Notes: generated by a model not told the origin, from the sequence alone. 33,294 bases of DNA from an uncultured Spirochaetaceae bacterium (GCA_964434925.1 CAYSXD010000002.1:1-33294); one strand, 5' to 3'. Positions 1-7,798 are shown, counted from the first letter of the stretch. Numbers and translations are program-made.

Positions 1-228
1 CTCCGTTATAATTCATCTGTACCGGCTCCTTTTATTACGGGCAGTGCCTCCGGTGATATTGTAAAAAAGCTCTTGATCATTGCCGAAAAGTACGGTATTC
101 CTGTTGTACAGGATAATATTTTAGCGGAGACTTTATTTTTGCTTAAACCGGGAGATTATATACCGGAAGAAGTATATGAAATTGTTGCGGAAATATTCAT
201 CTTTATAAGAAATTTACAGGAAATTTAA
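1..228 (+). CDS. FlhB C-terminal-domain (EscU/YscU/HrcU-like) protein, 3' fragment; 5' end lies outside the window
   Basis: Frame 1 is open from the window edge: LRYNSSVPAPFITGSASGDIVKKLLIIAEKYGIPVVQDNILAETLFLLKPGDYIPEEVYEIVAEIFIFIRNLQEI*, with TAA at 226-228. The pattern RY..APxVxAxGxGxxAxxIxxxAxxxxIPxxxDxxLAxxL..G..IPxExYxxVAxI matches the post-NPTH C-terminal domain of FlhB-type export-gate proteins. Confidence 0.75.
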   Translation, partial: LRYNSSVPAPFITGSASGDIVKKLLIIAEKYGIPVVQDNILAETLFLLKPGDYIPEEVYEIVAEIFIFIRNLQEI

Positions 229-1361
229 TGAAAAGTATTAAAGTAAGTGATTTAAAGTCCGGTATGAAATTTACTTCGCCCGTTTATCTGGATGGTGAGA
301 ATCTCCTGGTTCCTGAAAAAATTGAAATTAAAGCAAAAGATATAAAACGACTGGAAAGATGGAATATTACAGAAGTGCAGACTGATGGGATCCTGATTGA
401 CCGTTCAGATGTTTCCAGTGATCTCGATATAAAAGTAACGGTAAATAACCAAAAGATTCTGGAGATCTATAATAAATCCGTACATGATCTTGACGGGGTT
501 TTTACCCTTATTAAAAATAATGAACTGGTAAATTCTGAAGAAATAGATACAATTGTAACTGTTATTCACCGGTTGCTGAACGAAAATTCCGAAGATCTCA
601 GGCTTATTACCATTAGTGAATATAAAACGAAAAACCTTCTTGCACAGAGCTCTTTAAATTGTATGATACTTTCTCTTCTTATTGGTCTTCAGTTAAAAAT
701 GGTAAGTCATAAACTTCTCCATCTTGCTGTTGCAGCGTTGTTACATGATATCGGAATGCTGAAAATTCCGGAAAAACTTCTTTCCAAGGAGGGAAAATTG
801 TCTCCGGAGGAATTATCCCGGATAAAATCCCATACCATTCTTTCCTATAAGCTTATAACAAAAACGTTTAAGTATCCTGAAGAAGTAGGACGTATTGCTC
901 TTTTCCATCATGAACGATGGGACGGGAGGGGGTATCCCCGGGGTATCATTGGAAATGAAATTCCTATTGCCTCAAGAATACTATCAATTTCCGATGCATT
1001 TGAGGCAATGGTACGGGACCGCCCATACAGAGACTCTATGATAGGTTATAAAGCTATTAAAGAAATACTTAATGATAATTCGAGACGTTTTGACGCGTCA
1101 ATAATAAAAGTTTTTATAAAAAGTATGGGTTTATATCCTCTCGGCAGTATTGTAATTCTAAATAACGGAACAATTGGAAGAGTAAAAAAAATACATGGAG
1201 AATCACCTTTAAGGCCGTATATTGAACTATTGATGACTCCCGAAGGAAAGGTTTTAAAAGAAAATAAAAGAAGAGAAATAGATCTGTTAAAAGAAAAAAA
1301 TCTTTTTATAGTTCGTGCAATAAATTTAAATGAACTGCGAAACAAAGCAGTGAAAAGGTGA
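228..1361 (+). CDS. HD-GYP domain protein, probable cyclic-di-GMP phosphodiesterase
   Basis: 377-aa ORF with LLHDIGM (HD) and HHERWDGRGYPRG (GYP) signatures. The N-terminus MKSIKVSDLKSGMKF... resembles the accessory domain often found on HD-GYP proteins. ATG 228-230 overlaps the upstream stop (TAATG). Confidence 0.9.
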   Translation: MKSIKVSDLKSGMKFTSPVYLDGENLLVPEKIEIKAKDIKRLERWNITEVQTDGILIDRSDVSSDLDIKVTVNNQKILEIYNKSVHDLDGVFTLIKNNELVNSEEIDTIVTVIHRLLNENSEDLRLITISEYKTKNLLAQSSLNCMILSLLIGLQLKMVSHKLLHLAVAALLHDIGMLKIPEKLLSKEGKLSPEELSRIKSHTILSYKLITKTFKYPEEVGRIALFHHERWDGRGYPRGIIGNEIPIASRILSISDAFEAMVRDRPYRDSMIGYKAIKEILNDNSRRFDASIIKVFIKSMGLYPLGSIVILNNGTIGRVKKIHGESPLRPYIELLMTPEGKVLKENKRREIDLLKEKNLFIVRAINLNELRNKAVKR

Positions 1362-1416
1362 GAATACTTACAGTGATTAAACATTTTTATAAAAATGCTT
1401 TTACGGAGAATATACA

Positions 1417-1560
1417 ATGGTAAGAATAGCCAAACACACAGATCCAAAAAAGCTTGCTGAACTTAAAAAGAAAATTGATGATAAAAAATATCTCACTAAA
1501 GCTATTGCAACGATAGCGAATACATTAACAAAAGAAATATTTCAAATGAATGAGGACTAG
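1417..1560 (+). CDS. small hypothetical protein (47 aa), not in the ORF track
   Basis: ATG at 1417 has GGAGA at 1405-1409 about 8 nt upstream; TAG at 1558-1560. Product MVRIAKHTDPKKLAELKKKIDDKKYLTKAIATIANTLTKEIFQMNED is Lys-rich and looks helical. No family recognised. Confidence 0.35.
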   Translation: MVRIAKHTDPKKLAELKKKIDDKKYLTKAIATIANTLTKEIFQMNED

Positions 1561-1951
1561 GTTGGATAGGAAAACTGGAGAAAAAACAATACCGGGAAAC
1601 CGTAAACAGAATTTTCGGAGAAGGAACAAAGGATATCACCGGCCTCAGCGAGAATATAAAACATGCCCCTTATGCGGTAAGTCGGTGAAATCAATGCTTA
1701 CAGCAATTTCGGTAAATGAGGATATGGATCCCGCTCATTTTGACTGTGTTCTAAAGAAGCTTTCAGAAACTGAAGATCTGAAAAAGGGTGAAAAAATTAC
1801 TTATCTTGGAAACGGAGTATTTGCAGTTGTAAAACTGAAACCCGGGAATAATAACGGCTTGAATTTTACTATTGTAAAAAAAGTACAATTTGAAAATAAG
1901 GATAAAAAGGCGGAGTGGAGAAAAAAAATTGGCCGACGTCTAAAACGATAA
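1550..1951 (+). CDS. hypothetical basic protein with a CxxC...HxxC putative zinc-binding motif
   Basis: 133-aa ORF with an Arg/Lys-rich N-terminus and tail, CPLCG...HFDC in between, then a beta-looking C-terminal half. ATG 1550 has no SD. An alternative TTG at 1562 sits 5 nt after GAGGA (1552-1556) and just past the upstream TAG. Confidence 0.55.
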   Translation: MRTRLDRKTGEKTIPGNRKQNFRRRNKGYHRPQREYKTCPLCGKSVKSMLTAISVNEDMDPAHFDCVLKKLSETEDLKKGEKITYLGNGVFAVVKLKPGNNNGLNFTIVKKVQFENKDKKAEWRKKIGRRLKR

Positions 1952-1993
1952 GTTTACTTACTTAAATAGTATTTTGAATATAAAAAAATAAAT

Positions 1994-2028
1994 AAAAAAA
2001 CTCCACGGCAGATAGCCGGGAGTTTTTT
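1994..2028. terminator. bidirectional rho-independent terminator between convergent genes
   Basis: AAAAAAA-CTCC(A)CGGC-agata-GCCG-GGAG-TTTTTT. A GC-rich stem with one bulged A, flanked by an A-run on one side and a T-run on the other, so it reads as hairpin plus U-tract on both strands. Confidence 0.6.
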
Positions 2029-2058
2029 AATGAAGGCTGCGTTGGGTTGAAGTACTTA

Positions 2059-2769
2059 TCAGGAATTTTGTAATGTCTCGAGTACTTCCTGTGCTTTTGC
2101 TTTGACTTTTTTAATATAATTACCATTCTGAATCCGAATAATAGCGCGTAGAACAGTTGGATCCCGTAAACCATGGTTTGATTTTATTAGTTTATCAAAT
2201 GCGAGAAGAACAGCAAAAGCGAAATTATTATCAGGTAACATAATATCCTGATTCAAAATTGCGTATGATAGAGCCTGTGAGACCTGGTTGTTTTTATTAA
2301 GTCCAATTTTACCAAGAGCGAACGCGGCCTCTGATAAAACCATAGGTTCTTTATCAGTGAGTAGTATATTAATAAGGCTGTCTTTTGAACTTTCTCCGCC
2401 AAGTTTTCCAAGTTCCTCACACGCCCGCCTTCTGACTTCAGGGAAATTGTTAATTAAAAGGCCGTTCTCTCTATAAGTAACGCCAGTCCCAGTGAGTGAA
2501 AGATAGTCAAGGATAGAATGAATATCCGAACTGTTTGATGATGCTTTACCATTTGAAATCATTTCATCGATAAAATCCAGAGCCTTTAATTTTGATTCTC
2601 TTTCCGGTGAAACTGCCTGTTCACCGATGACTGTCATTTGAACACTTTGAAGGAACAGCTCCTCAACTGTCTTTTCTTTCTTGGTGTTACCGGAAGAATT
2701 TTGAGCATATAGCAAGATAGGCGAGAGAAGGAATGCAATTAAAACTGTCGTTAAAAATTTCTTTTCCAT
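2059..2769 (-). CDS. secreted HEAT-repeat protein (hypothetical)
   Basis: Signal-peptide-like MEKKFLTTVLIAFLLSPILLYA|QN. HEAT/PBS-lyase-like repeats EVRRRACEELGKLGG...EPMVLSEAAFALGKIG. I prefer ATG 2769 because GGAG lies 6-7 nt upstream; the track ORF starts at 2781 without an SD. Confidence 0.7.
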   Translation of the reverse strand: MEKKFLTTVLIAFLLSPILLYAQNSSGNTKKEKTVEELFLQSVQMTVIGEQAVSPERESKLKALDFIDEMISNGKASSNSSDIHSILDYLSLTGTGVTYRENGLLINNFPEVRRRACEELGKLGGESSKDSLINILLTDKEPMVLSEAAFALGKIGLNKNNQVSQALSYAILNQDIMLPDNNFAFAVLLAFDKLIKSNHGLRDPTVLRAIIRIQNGNYIKKVKAKAQEVLETLQNS

Positions 2770-2790
2770 TTTTTTCTCCATTTTTACGTG

Positions 2791-3363
2791 TTAAAAGTGA
2801 GCAATTTTCCATTGATTGTCTATTTTTACCAGTTCATATATTATAACCGGAGAATTATTTATAAACATATAGGCTTTTATATGTTTCGGATCCAGTGCTT
2901 TTATTTCATCAAGGCGTACATTTTTTCTACTACCCACAACAACATAGTTAAAGTAGTCTTTTAATGAACGAAGAGTAATGTTGAATTTTTTCATAAGGGG
3001 ACTTTCTGATTGCTTATGAAGTATTTTTGGATCACTATAATAAGCAAAGTAGTTTTTTGAAAGATAGGTAAGCCACGTGGTATAATCGCGTTTCTCGATG
3101 ATTTTATTAAGAGTATGTATTAATTGAGCAATATCTCCTTTTGTCTTTTTATAAGTGTCACTGTCCATTGTAAAAGCTTTTTTTTCAACTACCTGTGGCT
3201 TTTCCAATATTTTCCCAGGAGGTTTTTCAGGAACAGGTACTATTGGCTTCTCTTCCTTTACTACCGGTTTTGAGTGTGTGCTGACTGAAGGAACTGTAGT
3301 TCTGCAGGAAGAGAAAAAAAGTAGTATAATAACAAAAAAAATATATGAAAAAATCCGTATCAA
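2791..3363 (-). CDS. hypothetical lipoprotein
   Basis: 190-aa ORF whose N-terminus MIRIFSYIFFVIILLFFSSC has a hydrophobic core and a Cys lipobox. TTG start at 3363-3361 follows AAGGAG (3375-3370) and a T-run spacer. No family recognised. Confidence 0.7.
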   Translation of the reverse strand: MIRIFSYIFFVIILLFFSSCRTTVPSVSTHSKPVVKEEKPIVPVPEKPPGKILEKPQVVEKKAFTMDSDTYKKTKGDIAQLIHTLNKIIEKRDYTTWLTYLSKNYFAYYSDPKILHKQSESPLMKKFNITLRSLKDYFNYVVVGSRKNVRLDEIKALDPKHIKAYMFINNSPVIIYELVKIDNQWKIAHF

Positions 3364-3492
3364 AAAAAACTCCTTATTCTCTTAGTGTATCCATAGAGTT
3401 GGGATTTGTCAAAACCAATTTTAAAAAATTGGCATTTTGAGTGGAAAAATGTAAAAAATAGTACTTTTTCGGTTTAGGACCGATAAAAATAC

Positions 3493-3522
3493 TTGACTAA
3501 GCATTGATATGATGTTTACATT
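3493..3522 (+). promoter_or_regulatory. candidate sigma-70 promoter for coaD, possibly giving a leaderless mRNA
   Basis: TTGACT (3493-3498), 18-nt spacer, TACATT (3517-3522). The expected start site falls at or next to the coaD ATG (3529), which has no SD. Confidence 0.35.
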
Positions 3523-3528
3523 GCAAAC

Positions 3529-4011
3529 ATGATGCAAGCAATGCTGCCGGGTTCTTTTGACCCTCCGACAAACGGACATATGAATCTGATTGAACGAGCA
3601 TCAAGAATATTTGAGAAATTGTACGTAGTTATTGCGGTAAATAATACGAAAAAATATTTATTTACCGCAGAAGAACGGTATAAAATGATCAGTAAGCTTG
3701 TTACACCGTATAAAAATGTTGAGGTTACTCTATGTGAGGATCTGGTTGTTAACTTTGCCCAGAAAATTGGTGTTAAAGTAATTATACGTGGTGTACGTGC
3801 ATTAGTGGATTTCGGGTATGAATTTGAGCTTGCCATGACAAATAAGGAGCTTAATCCTGAGATTGATATTATTTTTATGCCTACTGATCCGAAGTTTTTT
3901 GTTTTAAGGTCATCTGCCATTAAGGAGATTGCAGCTTTTAACGGTGATATTTCAAGAATGGTACCGAAAGAAGTTGTGAATGAACTGCAGCGAAAGCTGC
4001 ATACCAGTTGA
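3529..4011 (+). CDS. coaD: phosphopantetheine adenylyltransferase
   Basis: The N-terminus MLPGSFDPPTNGHMNLIERA carries the CoaD (S/T)FDPxTxGH nucleotidyltransferase signature. Size is about 160 aa. The start could be 3529, 3532 or 3541. Confidence 0.9.
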   Translation: MMQAMLPGSFDPPTNGHMNLIERASRIFEKLYVVIAVNNTKKYLFTAEERYKMISKLVTPYKNVEVTLCEDLVVNFAQKIGVKVIIRGVRALVDFGYEFELAMTNKELNPEIDIIFMPTDPKFFVLRSSAIKEIAAFNGDISRMVPKEVVNELQRKLHTS

Positions 4012-4073
4012 CATGGGGAGCCGTTTAGGAGTATCTTCATAGAACTTTATGTTTGTTTGAAAGGATGTAAATT

Positions 4074-4262
4074 ATGGCAGTACCAAAATACAAAACTTCT
4101 AAGGCAAGAACAAGGACGAGAAAGACGGCAAATATGAAAATGAGCACTCCCGGTCTTGTTGAATGCACCACATGTGGTAATAAAGTCCTTCCTCATAGGG
4201 TTTGTCCCAAATGCGGTTTTTATCGCGGAAAACAGGTAATCGAACTTGAGGATATGGACTAA
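4074..4262 (+). CDS. rpmF: 50S ribosomal protein L32
   Basis: MAVPKYKTSKARTRTRK... followed by a CxxC...CxxC zinc ribbon, 62 aa. This is the canonical L32 form. Confidence 0.95.
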   Translation: MAVPKYKTSKARTRTRKTANMKMSTPGLVECTTCGNKVLPHRVCPKCGFYRGKQVIELEDMD

Positions 4263-4286
4263 TAAAAATTTTAGGAGCTAATACCT

Positions 4287-4523
4287 ATGGATGATCTTTT
4301 TGAAAAGATGAAAAAACTTATCGCCGAAAAGCTGGAAGTGGAAGAGGATAAAATTACAATGGAATCTTCATTTCGACAGGATCTCGGTGCAGACAGTCTC
4401 GACACTTATGAACTTGTATATGCTATTGAGGAAGAGATGGGTGTAACTATTCCAGATGAGAAAGCAAATGAATTTGAAACTGTCGGTGATGCGGTTGATT
4501 TTCTGAAATCACAGGGTAAGTAA
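4287..4523 (+). CDS. acpP: acyl carrier protein
   Basis: 78 aa with LGADSLDTYELVYAIEEE, the phosphopantetheine-attachment DSLD motif. SD AGGAG lies upstream. Confidence 0.95.
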   Translation: MDDLFEKMKKLIAEKLEVEEDKITMESSFRQDLGADSLDTYELVYAIEEEMGVTIPDEKANEFETVGDAVDFLKSQGK

Positions 4524-4530
4524 TCAGTAC

Positions 4531-5286
4531 ATGACTCTGAAAAAAGAGCTGTATGACTTTCGGCCGCCAACTATTGATGGCAACCGGAAGAAAGAACTGC
4601 ATCTTTTTGAGAAAAATGCAGGTATCAGGTTCAGGAAACAAGGTTTCCTGAACCTTGCTTTTTCTCACCGCTCATTCGCGAACGAAAGTAAAGAAAATTT
4701 CGACAATAATGAAAAGCTTGAATTCCTTGGTGACAGCGTATTGGGAATGGTTGTTAGTGAATACCTGTATCGAACACTTACCGATAAACATGAGGGAGAT
4801 CTGGCCAGGATAAAGTCTTTTGTCGTAAGTGAAGATACGCTTGCCGGCATAGCGCTTATCTTAAAAATAGACAATTTTATACTTATAGGCAAAGGTGAGG
4901 AATATTCCGGAGGAAGAAAGAAAAAAGCCATTCTTGCTGATTGCATGGAAGCCGTTATTGGTTCATATTTTATTGATTCCGGATTTTCCAGTGTTAAAAA
5001 ATTTATTCTAAAAATTATTATCCCCGAGATAAACCTTGTAATCGAAAATAAGCATAAGAAAGATTATAAAACTCTTATCCAGGAATATTCACAAAAAAAA
5101 TTCAAACTCTATCCAAAATACAATCTTGTAAAAAAATCGGGACCTGATCATAATCGTACTTTCTGGATAGAAGTAGTGGTAAATGGAAAGTCTTATGGCC
5201 CGGAAAGCGGAAAAAACAAAAAAGAAGCTGAACAAAGAGCAGCTTCCGTGGCTTATAATGATCTCATAGAGAATAATGAGAAATAA
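4531..5286 (+). CDS. rnc: ribonuclease III
   Basis: RNase III signature NEKLEFLGDSVLG, plus a C-terminal dsRBD (KDYKTLIQEY...GPDHNRTFWIEV...GKNKKEAEQRAA). Confidence 0.95.
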   Translation: MTLKKELYDFRPPTIDGNRKKELHLFEKNAGIRFRKQGFLNLAFSHRSFANESKENFDNNEKLEFLGDSVLGMVVSEYLYRTLTDKHEGDLARIKSFVVSEDTLAGIALILKIDNFILIGKGEEYSGGRKKKAILADCMEAVIGSYFIDSGFSSVKKFILKIIIPEINLVIENKHKKDYKTLIQEYSQKKFKLYPKYNLVKKSGPDHNRTFWIEVVVNGKSYGPESGKNKKEAEQRAASVAYNDLIENNEK

Positions 5287-6634
5287 ATTTATCCGCTATA
5301 GTTAAAAGCTGAGGTTCAGTATTTAATGTCGGATCATCCAGAACGGATTCCAATAGTTCCTGTAAAATTGTACCGACAAGAGGTCCGCGTTTGAGATGAA
5401 GTTTTTCCATAAGAATCCTCCCATTAATTGCAAGGTCCTTAATGGCGAAGGATTTATCTTCATCAAGAAGTCCATTGATACGGTGTATAAAAGAATACAA
5501 TTGTTTTGGATCGAAACGTTTGTTTTGCATACCATATTGATCCGCAAGACGTAATTTTAAAAGATCATCAAGATATTCCACTCCGACTTTTGCAATAAAT
5601 CTTCTCACTGCAGAATCTGTCCATTCTTCTGTGTAATGGAACATATGGTGTTCAACCAGATGGCAGGTTTGTTTTATCGTTTCATTTGAAAATTTAAGGC
5701 GTTTTAAAATTGTCCGGCATAAGTTGGAGGATAATTTCTCATGGTTGTAGAAAGTAGGAATACCTATTTCATCAGCCCGGAGGCTTTCCGGTTTCCCAAG
5801 ATCATGTAGCAGGGCTGCGAGCCTAACCCTGAGGTTGTCTTTTTCAGCGCCGTCACACGAATAGAAAAGATGATCAAGCACGTCAAACTGGTGAAACCCT
5901 TTCTGTTTAACTCCGCGGCAGAGGGTAAATTCCGGTAGAATAAGTTCAAGAATACCGGTTTCTTCCAATATTTTTAAAGAAGTAGACGGTTTTTCAGTGG
6001 CAAGAATTCTAATAAGCTCATCTCTTATTCGTTCCTCGGAAACTTTAAAAATATTATTTCTACACACTTTCATTGCTGAAAGTGTTTTTTCTTCTATAGA
6101 AAATTCAAGTTGTGATGTAAATCTGCAAGCCCGCATAATTCGTAATCCGTCTTCGGTAAACCGAGTGACAGGGTTGCCGATTGCCCTGATTATTTTATTC
6201 TCTATATCAGTAAGGCCATTATGTGGATCTATAAGTTCTCCCGTGTTCATATCAAGGGCGAGCGCGTTTATAGTAAAATCCCTTCGTTTTAGATCTTCAT
6301 AGATGGAAGAACTGTAACGGACAGAATCAGGATGACGGGCGTTTGAATACACACTTTCAATTCTAAATGTAGTGACTTCATACTGCTCACCTTTAAAAAG
6401 AACAGTAACTGTTCCGTGTTTAATACCAGTAGGTATAACATGGTGAAAAATACGCATTACATCTTCCGGGTGTGCATCGGTAGCAAAATCAAAATCTGAT
6501 GGTTCCATATGAGCATAAAAATTACGTAATGCACCTCCAACGAGGTAACACGAGTAATTGTTGTTCGTAAAAATAAGGGCAAAAGATGTTAATGATTTAT
6601 TAAGAAGTGCTTTCTTTTTCATTTGGGCAGGCAC
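5264..6634 (-). CDS. cca: CCA-adding tRNA nucleotidyltransferase with a C-terminal HD domain
   Basis: Class II nucleotidyltransferase head GGALRNF...DFDFAT...HGTVTV...YEVTTFR...RRDFTINALA, plus HD domain LAALLHDLGKP. 456 aa. Confidence 0.9.
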   Translation of the reverse strand: MPAQMKKKALLNKSLTSFALIFTNNNYSCYLVGGALRNFYAHMEPSDFDFATDAHPEDVMRIFHHVIPTGIKHGTVTVLFKGEQYEVTTFRIESVYSNARHPDSVRYSSSIYEDLKRRDFTINALALDMNTGELIDPHNGLTDIENKIIRAIGNPVTRFTEDGLRIMRACRFTSQLEFSIEEKTLSAMKVCRNNIFKVSEERIRDELIRILATEKPSTSLKILEETGILELILPEFTLCRGVKQKGFHQFDVLDHLFYSCDGAEKDNLRVRLAALLHDLGKPESLRADEIGIPTFYNHEKLSSNLCRTILKRLKFSNETIKQTCHLVEHHMFHYTEEWTDSAVRRFIAKVGVEYLDDLLKLRLADQYGMQNKRFDPKQLYSFIHRINGLLDEDKSFAIKDLAINGRILMEKLHLKRGPLVGTILQELLESVLDDPTLNTEPQLLTIADKFISHYSL

Positions 6635-6727
6635 TGACTCCTCAGATAGTAATTTTAATAGCTGTGATAGTTAACTATTCTGAAAGAAAAGTGTCAAGTG
6701 ATAGTTCAGTCTATACCTGTAAAGGGC

Positions 6728-6760
6728 TTAAAAAGGGCGGTTACCGCTTCGGTAACCGCC
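6728..6760 (-). terminator. rho-independent terminator of flaB
   Basis: On the - strand GGCGGTTACCG-aag-CGGTAACCGCC forms a perfect 11-bp GC-rich stem, followed by CTTTTTA, about 30 nt after the flaB stop. Confidence 0.75.
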
Positions 6761-6790
6761 TGTACTGGATATTCAGTTAAAATACTTTTC

Positions 6791-7663
6791 TTACTTAAAA
6801 AGTTGAAGAACTGACTGGCCACGCTGGTTAGCCTGTGCAAGCATTGCCGTTGAAGCCTGAACAAGGATCTGGTTCTTTGTGTACTTAACCATTTCTGATG
6901 CCATGTCAGTATCACGAATGCGTGATTCTGCAGCCTGGAGATTTTCAGAGCCAGCGCTTAATCCCTGAATTGCATATTCCAGTCGGTTTTGATACGCGCC
7001 GAGATCAGCACGCTGTTTGCTGACTTTCAATAATGCTCCGTCTATCACTGAAATTGATATATTTGCGTTATCAGGGGTAGCAATAGAAATAAAAGTTGCC
7101 GAACTTGGTTTAGCTCCAAGCCCCTGTATACCAAGCCCCTGCGCGGTCATTGTACCAACATAGACCCGTTCTCGCTGATCCATATTTGCGCCAATGTGGA
7201 GCCACATACTACCGGTAATACTGTTCTCGCCTGTGGGTCTGCCAAAACGTCCTGTCAACATGTTAAGGCCGTTAAACTGAGCATGAGAAGCTATCCTGTT
7301 AACTTCATCAACAAGCTGGCTTACTTCTACCTGAATCTGCATTCTGTCTTCACTGGTATAAACACCATTTGAGCTCTGTATTGCAAGTTCCCTCATTCGC
7401 TGCAGAATATCCTGGGTTTCCTGAAGATATCCTTCCGTTGTCTGGATGAAAGAGATTCCGTCCTGAGCATTCTTTTCGGCTCTTTTCAATCCACGAATCT
7501 GTGCTCTCATTTTTTCGGAAACGGCGAGCCCCGAAGCATCATCACCAGCGCGATTAATACGCATCCCTGAAGAGAGTTTCTCCATATTTTTGCTTAAGTG
7601 AAAGTTGTTCAACTTTGTTGCACGTTCAGCAAAAATAGCACTCATGTTGTGATTAATTATCAT
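6791..7663 (-). CDS. flaB: flagellar filament core protein, spirochaete FlaB-type flagellin
   Basis: [20 protein letters not shown]...[24 protein letters not shown] at the N-terminus and ...[23 protein letters not shown] at the C-terminus. ATG at 7663-7661 follows AAGGAGG. The track ORF extends to 7828, but that extension has no flagellin similarity. Confidence 0.95.
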   Translation of the reverse strand: MIINHNMSAIFAERATKLNNFHLSKNMEKLSSGMRINRAGDDASGLAVSEKMRAQIRGLKRAEKNAQDGISFIQTTEGYLQETQDILQRMRELAIQSSNGVYTSEDRMQIQVEVSQLVDEVNRIASHAQFNGLNMLTGRFGRPTGENSITGSMWLHIGANMDQRERVYVGTMTAQGLGIQGLGAKPSSATFISIATPDNANISISVIDGALLKVSKQRADLGAYQNRLEYAIQGLSAGSENLQAAESRIRDTDMASEMVKYTKNQILVQASTAMLAQANQRGQSVLQLFK

Positions 7664-7708
7664 ACAATCCTCCTTGATTGTGTAAAAGGTTATGGACATC
7701 CATGTCCA
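7664..7708 (-). promoter_or_regulatory. flaB 5' leader with two hairpins that place GGA in the loop; candidate CsrA binding sites, the second holding the SD
   Basis: On the - strand: UGGAC-AUGGAU-GUCCA (7708-7693) and ACAAUC-AAGGAG-GAUUGU (7681-7664), the latter directly abutting the AUG. The first contains ACAUGGAUGU, compared with the CsrA SELEX core ACARGGAUGU. Confidence 0.5.
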
Positions 7709-7720
7709 CGTCTTCTTTTC

Positions 7721-7747
7721 TTTTCGGTATTTGAGAAGGAGACTTAA
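7721..7747 (-). promoter_or_regulatory. candidate sigma-28 (FliA) promoter of flaB
   Basis: The - strand reads TTAAG-tctccttctcaaata-CCGAAAA, compared with the consensus TAAA-N15-GCCGATAA. It lies about 50 nt upstream of the flaB AUG. Confidence 0.4.
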
Positions 7748-7769
7748 CACAAAAATGAAAAACTCACCC

Positions 7770-7798
7770 TTGACAGGGGTAGGCGTTTTACAGAGAAT
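7770..7798 (+). promoter_or_regulatory. candidate sigma-70 promoter for ileS
   Basis: Perfect TTGACA (7770-7775), 17-nt spacer, GAGAAT (7793-7798). A perfect TATAAT at 7835-7840 has no usable -35, so the assignment is uncertain. Confidence 0.3.

Noticed and set aside
1417-1951. The 47-codon ORF and the 133-aa ORF as one gene split by a frameshift
   Set aside because: Joining them would need a +1 shift, and I see no slippery sequence or homopolymer at the junction. The second ORF has its own plausible SD (GAGGA) and TTG start just after the first stop. I cannot exclude a frameshift without homologues.
3516-4040. 174-aa ORF antisense to coaD
   Set aside because: It is a mirror-frame artefact of the coaD coding region, with no motifs or SD, whereas coaD has its diagnostic signature.
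6706-6915. 69-aa - strand ORF overlapping the flaB 3' end and its terminator
   Set aside because: It lies in a different frame within flaB and runs through the terminator hairpin. It has no SD or motif.
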